Origin: an uncultured Leptospiraceae bacterium
GTDB lineage: Bacteria; Spirochaetota; Leptospiria; Leptospirales; Leptonemataceae
Reading direction: 5' to 3'
Assembly: GCA_964530305.1 (NCBI GenBank)
Contig: CAZGYS010000114.1
Span: 598 to 13,048, forward strand
DNA: 12,451 bases
The notes under the pieces were generated by a model. The model did no database searches, was not told the origin of the DNA, and saw only the letters and a list, made by a program, of their open reading frames with translations. Positions 1 to 5,951 of the stretch are shown here, in pieces (the first letter of the stretch is position 1; the number at the start of each line of letters is the position of its first letter). A program made the position numbers and the translations under genes.

Positions 1-2075
1 AACTCTCGTATTCTAGTAAATCTAAAATGACTACCACCTGGCGCGTCACCGGGACGGTGGTGGATCGGGGCGGACGCGTCGGCTCCTCCGTTAAGAAGTT
101 TCTTTCCACCAAGGAATTAACGGCGCGATTGGCCGTGCCCCGTTATTTGAACACGGGCTCCACCGGTCGCGCGTCGGGCATCGTGCGCAATCTTACGCGT
201 AAGCCCATGACCGTCATCGCGCAGTTCCGCGCCAGGGGCGGCCTCAAGCTGGGCAAGCCGGGCGATTCCACGTCCAGCTTCGCGCGCAGCCAGACCTTTC
301 GCGCTACCCTGCAACCCGGTCGTCGAGCCAGCTTCACCGTGAGCGTGTTTTCGCGTACGGAAAATCGCAACGCGAAGATTCAGTTCTTCGCGCGCACCAC
401 CGACGGCAAATACAAGGACAGCCTGGAGAAGAAACTCCCGGTCTATGAAACCGGCCTGACCCACACCCTGGCCTCCAACGACAGCCTGCTCCACGGCAAG
501 GGTCCGGGCGGCAGCAAGGTCATTCGCCTGGAAGGCGATGTACTGCGCCTCGGGAAAGACAAGATCAAGCCGGTGAAATACGAAGTCGTGGTCTACCCCA
601 ATCTCATGGGTTCGGTGCTGGGTTCGCTGGAATACCTGCTCGAGTATCCCCACGGTTGCGTGGAGCAAACCACCAGTCGCTTTTTGCCCAATATCGAAGT
701 GCTGCGCTTCTTGAAGGAGAACGGCATTCGCAATCGCCGTCTGGAAGGCAAGCTTCAGCAAAACATCCAGGGCGGCATTAATAATCTGCTTGAATTGCAA
801 AACCCGAAACGCGGCGGCTGGGGCTGGTGGCGAAGTCGCGGCGGTTACGCCGTGAATCACTGGATGACGGCCTATGCTCTCTATGGTCTCGTCACGGCCA
901 AGAACGCCGGGTTCGACGTGGACCAGGCCAAGCTCAAGAAGGGCCTGGATGCGCTGTATAAAATCATGTACGCGACGGGCGGGGATCGCACCAGCGAACT
1001 GGACGAGCGGGACTATCCCATCAAGGAAAGCTTCGTCGTCTTCGCCAACTATATCCTGACGTCCGCCGGCCGGGGAGAGCCCAGCATCACGGACGCCATC
1101 ACCGTTCTGCAACAGCGCTCGAATCTCGAAGCCCTGGGCTGGGCGGCGCGAGCGCTGGTGCTGGAAGGACGCTGGAAGGATCTGGCGGAACTCCGTAATG
1201 TTATCCTGCGCCAGGCCATTAACTTTCGCTTCCTGCAAGAAGACGTGAACGGCCCCAACACCAGCCAGACTTACTACACGGCCATCGCCCTGGGCGGCAT
1301 CTTCGCCGGTTCGCGCTGGTCAAAAGGCGATTCCATCGAGTTCATCAAGAGCCTGCTGGCCAATCGCTCGGCGGATGGTAAGTTCATTTCCACCCGGGAG
1401 ACGGCGGCGTCCATTCTGACCATGCTGAATTTCCTGCGGGCCAATAAGCAGTACATGCGGCCCAACATGAACGTCACCCTGAAGCTGCCGGACGGTAAGA
1501 CGCGCAAGATTACCATCAATCGCCGCAGCTCCGTATTCAAACCCACGGTGGTGCCCATCGCCCTGTCCGGTTTCGACCCTTCCAATCCGCGCGTGCGCGT
1601 TACCTGGAGCGGCACGGGCCTGGCGCAGGTTTATCTGCGCGCGAAGGTCTTCGAAAAGACGAAGGAATTCAAACCGCGCGACAACGGCATCAGCGTGGAG
1701 CGCAAGTACGTGCCCGAGGGCGCCGACCCCAATCGCGTTAAGTTTTCCGGCATCGTTTCCCAGGGAGACGCGCTGGACGTGATCATTCGCGTGAAGATCA
1801 ACTCGGGCGGCAACTACCTGGCGGTCACCGAATACATTCCGGCCGGCTTCCAACTGGTATCCAGTTTCGATTACTCGTCCGGTCGCACGAACGTTGTCGT
1901 GAAGAAGGACCGTATTCACTTCTACGTGGAGAACTACAGCGGCGTGGAGACGATTCGCTATCGCCTCCGGGCGGTGAACCCGGGTCACTACCTGGTGCAA
2001 CCGGCCAAGGCCGAACTCATGTATCGGGACACCATCAATGGTTCGTCTCGCGCCGAGGTCCTGAAAGTCAACTGA
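1..2075 (+). CDS. Alpha-2-macroglobulin (A2M) family protein, C-terminal portion. It covers a bait-like linker, an MG/CUB-like segment, the thioester domain and a receptor-binding-like C-terminus. The reading frame is open back to window position 3, so the 5' end is probably outside the window. The first in-window ATG is at 27.
   Basis: The translation contains LLEYPHGCVEQTTSRFLPNIEVLRFL. This closely matches the A2M thioester region consensus (P-x-GCGEQ-NM...PNIYVLDYL), and the GCVEQ thioester motif sits at nt 654-668. Downstream there is a Trp/Gly-rich alpha-toroid-like segment (GGWGWW...YALYGLVTA) and a C-terminal beta domain (YLAVTEYIPAGFQLV), as expected for TED plus the receptor-binding/MG8 domain. 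Only about 210 aa precede the thioester, whereas full A2Ms have over 1000 aa of MG domains there, so the protein is probably truncated by the window. The stop codon TGA (2073-2075) overlaps the next ATG. Confidence 0.8.
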   Translation, partial: LSYSSKSKMTTTWRVTGTVVDRGGRVGSSVKKFLSTKELTARLAVPRYLNTGSTGRASGIVRNLTRKPMTVIAQFRARGGLKLGKPGDSTSSFARSQTFRATLQPGRRASFTVSVFSRTENRNAKIQFFARTTDGKYKDSLEKKLPVYETGLTHTLASNDSLLHGKGPGGSKVIRLEGDVLRLGKDKIKPVKYEVVVYPNLMGSVLGSLEYLLEYPHGCVEQTTSRFLPNIEVLRFLKENGIRNRRLEGKLQQNIQGGINNLLELQNPKRGGWGWWRSRGGYAVNHWMTAYALYGLVTAKNAGFDVDQAKLKKGLDALYKIMYATGGDRTSELDERDYPIKESFVVFANYILTSAGRGEPSITDAITVLQQRSNLEALGWAARALVLEGRWKDLAELRNVILRQAINFRFLQEDVNGPNTSQTYYTAIALGGIFAGSRWSKGDSIEFIKSLLANRSADGKFISTRETAASILTMLNFLRANKQYMRPNMNVTLKLPDGKTRKITINRRSSVFKPTVVPIALSGFDPSNPRVRVTWSGTGLAQVYLRAKVFEKTKEFKPRDNGISVERKYVPEGADPNRVKFSGIVSQGDALDVIIRVKINSGGNYLAVTEYIPAGFQLVSSFDYSSGRTNVVVKKDRIHFYVENYSGVETIRYRLRAVNPGHYLVQPAKAELMYRDTINGSSRAEVLKVN
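654..668 (+). other. Thioester site motif GCVEQ of the A2M-family protein. The Cys and Gln would form the reactive beta-cysteinyl-gamma-glutamyl thioester.
   Basis: The codons ggt tgc gtg gag caa at 654-668, read in the ORF frame, give G-C-V-E-Q. The flanking residues match the conserved A2M/C3 thioester context. Confidence 0.7.
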
Positions 2076-2917
2076 TGAGCCGGCATCTCCAATACAGACG
2101 GGCACCCGGCGTCGATCGGTTCGCGGCCATGTGCGCTTGCGCGATTTTCGCGGCCGTACTGGCCGCTTCCTGCGCCACGTCGACCGCCGCCTCTTCGACG
2201 CCGAGCAGTGCTTCGAGCGCGCTGAAGGTCAAGACGTCCGCGCAACTCGTACGCGAAGACAGCCAGCGAGCGGCCGCGGGCAAGGTAATCGCCCGACACA
2301 AGCTGCTGATTACGGCTTATGAATTCGGCGTGACGCGCAACGTGGACGTGGCCGCGCAAAAGCTGAACTACTTTCTGCTGCCTCCCGGCGCGTCCTTTTC
2401 CCTGAACAAGCACCTGGGTAAGCGCACCCCGGACAAGGGTTATAAGAAAGCCCCGGTATATGCGGGCGCGGGGGCGCGTATCAAGGACTTCGGCGGCGGC
2501 CTGTGCATGGTCTCCTCGGTTCTATACAATATTTTTCTACGGGGCGGTCTGGAGATTCTGGAACGCCATCCCCATCGTAAGATTGTGAAATACGTTCCCG
2601 CGGGACTGGACTCGGCGGTGGACTGGGGCAGCAAGGACCTGCGCGTGCGCAACAACCAGCCCCATGCCCTGGTCATTCGCGTCTACCGCGAAGGCAAAAT
2701 CGTACATGGGGAACTCATGGGACCCGCGGGTCCCGCCCATGAAATCGAAATCAAACGCCATCTGTCCCGGGCCATCATTCCGGGCGTTTTGCAAAACGGC
2801 TTTCGCGTCCGAACCACGCGAACCTTCTTCGAACCCGGCGGGGAATTACTCCGAGAAGAAATTCTCTCGGAGGATACTTTCCTGCCCATCAACTACCAGG
2901 GAGCACCCGCTCAATGA
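2075..2917 (+). CDS. VanW-domain protein (VanW/YoaR-like, peptidoglycan-associated protein of unknown biochemical function). It has an N-terminal signal peptide and is possibly a lipoprotein.
   Basis: The 280-aa ORF carries the diagnostic VanW motif block KDFGGGLCMVSSVLYNIF...ERHPHRKIVKYVPAGLDSAVDWGSKDLRVRNNQPHALVI. The VanW consensus is GGGxCQVSTTLYNA...ERHNH...Y...G.DATV, so the match is close. The N-terminus has a basic n-region, a hydrophobic stretch (FAAMCACAIFAAVLAAS) and a Cys. The start overlaps the upstream stop (TGATG), and the stop overlaps the next start (ATGA), which indicates translational coupling. Confidence 0.8.
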   Translation: MSRHLQYRRAPGVDRFAAMCACAIFAAVLAASCATSTAASSTPSSASSALKVKTSAQLVREDSQRAAAGKVIARHKLLITAYEFGVTRNVDVAAQKLNYFLLPPGASFSLNKHLGKRTPDKGYKKAPVYAGAGARIKDFGGGLCMVSSVLYNIFLRGGLEILERHPHRKIVKYVPAGLDSAVDWGSKDLRVRNNQPHALVIRVYREGKIVHGELMGPAGPAHEIEIKRHLSRAIIPGVLQNGFRVRTTRTFFEPGGELLREEILSEDTFLPINYQGAPAQ

Positions 2918-3873
2918 AATCGCATCTTAAATTCACGGCACCGGCAACGGCCGCCCTGACCCTCGCGGCGGCGCTGACCCTGCTCGGGGGATTTTCGGAC
3001 GGACCCCGGGCCCAGGCTTCGTCGACGCGCTACGTTACGGCGAAGTACGGCCTGCGCATGAGGTCCAGGCCTTCCCTGCGTGGGAAACGCGTCGCCACCA
3101 TTCCCGCGAAGGCGCAAGTCTACCTGATAAGGGAGTACGGTCGCACGCAAGTCATGAGCGGAAAGCGCGGTCGCTGGTCCTACGTGCGCTGGAATAAGCG
3201 CGCGGGCTGGGTCTTCGGAGGCTTCTTGAGTCGCCTGCGCCCCGGCGCGAAGGCCGGCATGCCCCGCATCACGATTCTCTCCCCGGGCAGCGGCTGGACG
3301 GCTAAAAAGATCGTCGTAGTAAAAGGGATGATTGAAAGCTCGGAGCCCGTGCGCGAAGCGCGATTTACCCAGAACGGGATCTCGCGCAGCATTCCCGTGA
3401 ACTCGGGACGCTTCTCGCAAAAGATTGTCCTGGGCTCCGGCGCGAACTACATCAAGATCGAAGCCACGAACGCGGGCGGCACTTCGGCGGCGGCGCTGAA
3501 ACTGGTTACGAACAACAGCCCCATGGACATGAAGGTGGTGCTCTCGTGGGATACGAACAACACCGACGTGGATCTGTGGGTTACCGATCCCAACAATGAA
3601 AAGGTTTCCTACCGGAACAAGCGCTCGAAGATAGGCGGGCAACTGGACGTAGACATCACCTCGGGCTACGGCCCCGAGACCTTCACCCTGGCCCGCGCCC
3701 TCCCCGGCGAATACCTGGTTCAGGTTCAGTATTACGGCGGCGCGCGTCCTACGATGGCCCGCGTGCTGGTCGTGCTCTATGAAGGCACCCCGAAAGAAAA
3801 ACGCCTGACCTTTCCCGCGCTTCTGCATAAACGCGGCAGCGGCATCACCATCGGCCGCTTCAAGGTGGACTAA
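2914..3873 (+). CDS. Secreted protein with three parts: an N-terminal bacterial SH3-like (SH3b) domain, an Ig-like beta-sandwich and a C-terminal YfaP-like (DUF2135-like) domain.
   Basis: The signal peptide is MKSHLKFTAPATAALTLAAALTLLGG...AQA. The segment YVTAKYGLRMRSRPSLRGKRVATIPAKAQVYLIREYG...WSYVRWNKRAGWVFGGFL has the SH3b signature (Y-V-x-a-xxLNVRSGPS...G-x-V...WxxV...G-x-GWV). The C-terminal block VLSWDTNNTDVDLWVTDPNNEKVSYRN...GGQLDVDITSGYGPETFTLARALPGEYLVQVQYYGG resembles, from memory, the conserved core of the YfaP/DUF2135 domain that is linked to A2M loci. There is a GGGAG 14 nt upstream of the ATG, and the ATGA overlap with the VanW gene indicates coupling. Confidence 0.7.
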   Translation: MKSHLKFTAPATAALTLAAALTLLGGFSDGPRAQASSTRYVTAKYGLRMRSRPSLRGKRVATIPAKAQVYLIREYGRTQVMSGKRGRWSYVRWNKRAGWVFGGFLSRLRPGAKAGMPRITILSPGSGWTAKKIVVVKGMIESSEPVREARFTQNGISRSIPVNSGRFSQKIVLGSGANYIKIEATNAGGTSAAALKLVTNNSPMDMKVVLSWDTNNTDVDLWVTDPNNEKVSYRNKRSKIGGQLDVDITSGYGPETFTLARALPGEYLVQVQYYGGARPTMARVLVVLYEGTPKEKRLTFPALLHKRGSGITIGRFKVD

Positions 3874-3895
3874 TCAAAATTTCCGGACAATACAC

Positions 3896-4651
3896 ATGAA
3901 GAAAAACGGCAAAATACTCTCCCTCATTCTCGCGGCGGGCATGCTCGCGGTCGTCCCCTGGTCCGAAACCGAGGCCACCAGCTTGACGACGGTCATTCGT
4001 AAAGTTAAGCGCGGCGATCGCAATGCCCTGACCAGTATCAGCTCGCGCGATTTTACGCGCCTGCATAATTACCGCGGCAAGTACTACTATATACCGCGCT
4101 TCATCGGCAAGAAGGCCGTGCGGAGCCTGTTCGGATGCTTCCGAAATCCGGACCGCGAAGTGCGGCGACTGTGCGCGGACAATCTCTACCAGTTCAAACT
4201 CACCTACGTGCACAAGAAACTGATTTTGTATTATATGCAAAAGGAAACCCACAAGCCGACGCGACTGGCCCTCCAGGACCTCATGATTCGCATCGATGAG
4301 GAACGCTTCGCGGAAGCCCGGCGCCTGGGAGACCGGAACTTCCTCACCAAGATTGATTTCGACCACATCCAGCCTTTTACGGAAAAGGGTTACCCCTCCG
4401 GCGGAGCCTACACCGACCGGGACATTCGCTTTTTGCGGGGCGGCCTGGGTAATAAGGACTATCGCATGCGGGTTTACGTCATTCGGATGATGGGACGCGT
4501 GCGCGGCGCCGACGCCACGCTCCTGCGCGTGCTGGCCATCCGGAAGAAACGCGAGTCCAACACCTCGGTTCGGCGCGCCATCGACGAATCCATTCGCTGC
4601 ATTCGCTCGCCCCGGTCCTGCCCGGACCTCTACGGCCCCTCGGATCAATAA
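3896..4651 (+). CDS. Secreted hypothetical protein with HEAT/PBS-lyase-like alpha-helical repeats.
   Basis: The 251-aa ORF starts 23 nt after the previous stop, in the same orientation. Its signal peptide is MKKNGKILSLILAAGMLAVVPWSETEA. It has repeated D/N-x-x-VRR-x-(A/C)-x-x-(L/I) segments (DREVRRLCADNL, DYRMRVYVIRMMGRV, NTSVRRAIDESI) typical of HEAT-like repeats. There is no recognisable catalytic motif. Codon usage is consistent with the neighbouring genes. Confidence 0.55.
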   Translation: MKKNGKILSLILAAGMLAVVPWSETEATSLTTVIRKVKRGDRNALTSISSRDFTRLHNYRGKYYYIPRFIGKKAVRSLFGCFRNPDREVRRLCADNLYQFKLTYVHKKLILYYMQKETHKPTRLALQDLMIRIDEERFAEARRLGDRNFLTKIDFDHIQPFTEKGYPSGGAYTDRDIRFLRGGLGNKDYRMRVYVIRMMGRVRGADATLLRVLAIRKKRESNTSVRRAIDESIRCIRSPRSCPDLYGPSDQ

Positions 4652-4671
4652 TATTCGAACACTATATGGTT

Positions 4672-4704
4672 CGCCGTCGTCTAAATTTATAAATGCCGGC
4701 GGCG
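4672..4704 (+). terminator. Stem-loop 21 nt downstream of the HEAT-protein stop codon. The stem is GC-rich and 10 bp long (one mismatch, one G-U pair), and it encloses the AT palindrome ATTTATAAAT. It could be an operon-end terminator or a protein-binding site.
   Basis: CGCCGTCGTC (4672-4681) pairs with GCCGGCGGCG (4695-4704). The loop is TAAATTTATAAAT, which contains the perfect palindrome ATTTATAAAT. On the + strand it is followed by an A-rich rather than a U-rich tract, so intrinsic-terminator character is weak. Confidence 0.25.
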
Positions 4705-4774
4705 ATCCAAAAAGTACTTGTCTATCATCGTGCTTTCGACATCCTTCCAGCCGCGGGCATTGGGGGCACATTCC

Positions 4775-4794
4775 CGGAACGTTACAGCGTTCCG
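4775..4794 (+). promoter_or_regulatory. Perfect inverted repeat CGGAACG-N6-CGTTCCG in the long intergenic region. It is a candidate operator or protein-binding palindrome, or a small hairpin.
   Basis: CGGAACG (4775-4781), spacer TTACAG, then CGTTCCG (4788-4794). The arms are exact reverse complements. There is no downstream U-tract. Confidence 0.25.
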
Positions 4795-4929
4795 CCGCAT
4801 GCGTGCTCCCGAGTTTTCACGACATAAACCATTAAGCGGTGGCGGACGATTTTCGCATTGCGATTGATTCGTTCGTCGTAGCCGTGCATAGTTTACCCTC
4901 ACGAACCTTTATCGGTTCGCGCGGGGTTA

Positions 4930-4959
4930 GCGGCGTATTTCGCGTCGCATGGTTTTTTT
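4930..4959 (+). terminator. Weak candidate intrinsic terminator: a short GC hairpin followed by a T7 tract.
   Basis: GCGGCG (4930-4935) pairs with CGTCGC (4943-4948) using one G-U pair, around the loop TATTTCG. ATGG and then TTTTTTT (4953-4959) follow. The stem is short, and there is a 4-nt gap before the T-tract. Confidence 0.2.
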
Positions 4960-4979
4960 GAGACATAGTCCGCTTCAGG

Positions 4980-5007
4980 ACGTATTTAATATATACGAAA
5001 CGTATTC
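4980..5007 (+). promoter_or_regulatory. Direct repeat ACGTATT ... ACGTATT spaced 20 bp apart (two helical turns). The copies flank TAATATATACGAA. This is a candidate transcription-factor site or AT-rich promoter element.
   Basis: ACGTATT occurs at 4980-4986 and at 5000-5006. The intervening sequence is strongly AT-rich (TTAATATATACGA), and it lies about 110 nt upstream of the yqiJ-like start. Confidence 0.2.
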
Positions 5008-5050
5008 AGCGGCGCACGCAAGCGCGACGCTTCGCGTAAAACAAAACGCA

Positions 5051-5080
5051 TTACAACAGCCTGGCAAGAGAATATAGATA
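5051..5080 (+). promoter_or_regulatory. Candidate sigma70-type promoter for the yqiJ-like, flotillin and giant-ATPase operon.
   Basis: TTACAA (5051-5056) and TATAGA (5073-5078) are separated by a 16-nt spacer. The predicted transcription start is about 25-30 nt upstream of an AAGGGAG Shine-Dalgarno-like element (5091-5097), and the ATG is at 5113. These are sequence-only predictions. Confidence 0.3.
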
Positions 5081-5112
5081 GAGAGCATCAAAGGGAGTAC
5101 TGAAGAAAACAA

Positions 5113-5856
5113 ATGCCGCCCATCATAGCCGAATCCATCAAACTGGTTAACCTTCCTTATACCATCTTCCTGGGAGTCATCATCATCTTCTGGCTCACCG
5201 TCATGCTCGGCGCGCTGGACATGGAATCCCTGGACGTGGACGCGGATGTCGACGCCGATGTTGATCTCGACCTCGACGTGGATATGGACGTGGACGCAGA
5301 CTTCGATGCCGATATCGACGCGGACGTGGACGCCGACCTGGATACGGATCTGGATGCCGACGCCGGCATGGGCGGCGGCGCGCTGGGCAGTTTCTGGGCC
5401 GCCTTGAACCTGGGCGCCGTGCCCCTATCCGTCTGGCTTTCCATCTTCGGAATCCTGTGCTGGTTCCTGTCCGTCAGCGGCAACATCATCGTGGACGGCA
5501 CGGTCCTCAAGAGCATTCATAACTTCTTTCGCCTGGTGCTGGGCAGTCTGTTGATCATTCCCCTGGCCGCGTTCATTACGCGTTTCGCCGTAATACCCCT
5601 GCGCCCGGTGTTTCGCATTCCGGACCCCAAGGACAATAAGGACTACGTCCGGGACATCTGCAAGATTACGTCATCAAAAGTGACGCCGACCTTCGGCATG
5701 GCGGAAATTCCCACGGACGCATCGCCCCTGCTCGTCAATGTTCGCGCCCGCGAAGAAGAGGGTCTGACCAAGGGCGACAAGGCGATGATCCTGCGTTATC
5801 ATAAAGATAAAAATTATTACGATGTAACCCGCTTCGAACACGAGAGCCTGAACTAG
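5113..5856 (+). CDS. YqiJ/NfeD-like inner-membrane protein (flotillin-associated). It has three predicted transmembrane helices and a C-terminal OB-fold-like beta domain. A 44-residue alternating Asp-X tract sits between TM1 and TM2.
   Basis: The 247-aa ORF has hydrophobic helices at about aa 14-35, 92-120 and 138-162. The C-terminal soluble segment (TFGMAEIPTDASPLLVNVRAREEEGLTKGDKAMILRYHKDKNYYDV) resembles the NfeD/YqiJ C-terminal beta-barrel, including a TKGDK-hydrophobic motif that I recall from E. coli YqiJ. It lies immediately upstream of a flotillin gene, which is the canonical nfeD/yqiJ position. An AAGGGAG RBS-like element is present upstream. Confidence 0.75.
   Translation: MPPIIAESIKLVNLPYTIFLGVIIIFWLTVMLGALDMESLDVDADVDADVDLDLDVDMDVDADFDADIDADVDADLDTDLDADAGMGGGALGSFWAALNLGAVPLSVWLSIFGILCWFLSVSGNIIVDGTVLKSIHNFFRLVLGSLLIIPLAAFITRFAVIPLRPVFRIPDPKDNKDYVRDICKITSSKVTPTFGMAEIPTDASPLLVNVRAREEEGLTKGDKAMILRYHKDKNYYDVTRFEHESLN
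5233..5361 (+). repeat. In-frame imperfect hexanucleotide tandem repeat (GAY-NNN), about 22 units. It encodes the strictly alternating dipeptide tract DVDADVDADVDLDLDVDMDVDADFDADIDADVDADLDTDLDAD.
   Basis: Direct reading of 5233-5361 shows Asp codons (GAC/GAT) at every second codon. The intervening codons encode V/A/L/M/F/I/T. The period is 6 nt and the frame is never broken. Confidence 0.85.
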
Positions 5857-5868
5857 CGGGCTACCGCT

Positions 5869-5895
5869 TCGCGCGGACATCGCCGCACCGCGCGA
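5869..5895 (+). other. GC-rich intercistronic stem-loop between the yqiJ-like gene and the flotillin gene. The stem is 8 bp and the loop 11 nt. It could be a partial terminator, an attenuator or an mRNA-stability element.
   Basis: TCGCGCGG (5869-5876) pairs perfectly with CCGCGCGA (5888-5895). It sits 13 nt after the TAG stop at 5854-5856. It is followed by CCTCTTCATG and has no clean U-tract. The flotillin RBS AAGGAGA lies about 40 nt downstream. Confidence 0.3.
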
Positions 5896-5951
5896 CCTCT
5901 TCATGATTGAAGAGCACCTACTCGGCGAATTTACGAAGGAGAAATGAATAG

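Noticed and set aside
117-1238. 373-aa minus-strand ORF, and similar long minus-strand ORFs at 1320-2105, 2911-3828, 3860-4771, 6327-8057, 9184-9840, 9859-10359 and 11359-12282
   Set aside because: Each lies wholly antisense to a + strand gene that has clear domain signatures. The translations are Arg/Ala/Gly/Leu-rich low-complexity sequence, as expected from antisense reading of GC3-rich codons. They have no RBS and no recognisable domains. They are shadow ORFs.
4687-4902. 71-aa minus-strand ORF in the long intergenic region
   Set aside because: It has no Shine-Dalgarno, its composition is basic and low-complexity, and it overlaps the candidate hairpins. It is probably non-coding. I cannot exclude a small protein without conservation data.
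4652-5112. Riboswitch or known cis-regulatory RNA in the 460-bp intergenic region
   Set aside because: I could not recognise any conserved riboswitch core, such as TPP, SAM, FMN, cobalamin, glycine or c-di-GMP motifs, by eye. The structures found are simple hairpins. I leave it as an open candidate, not a feature call.
5233-5361. Possible CRISPR array or non-coding tandem repeat
   Set aside because: The period is only 6 nt, and the repeat is perfectly in frame within a membrane-protein gene. There are no spacer-like unique segments and no cas genes. It is a coding low-complexity tract, not a CRISPR array.
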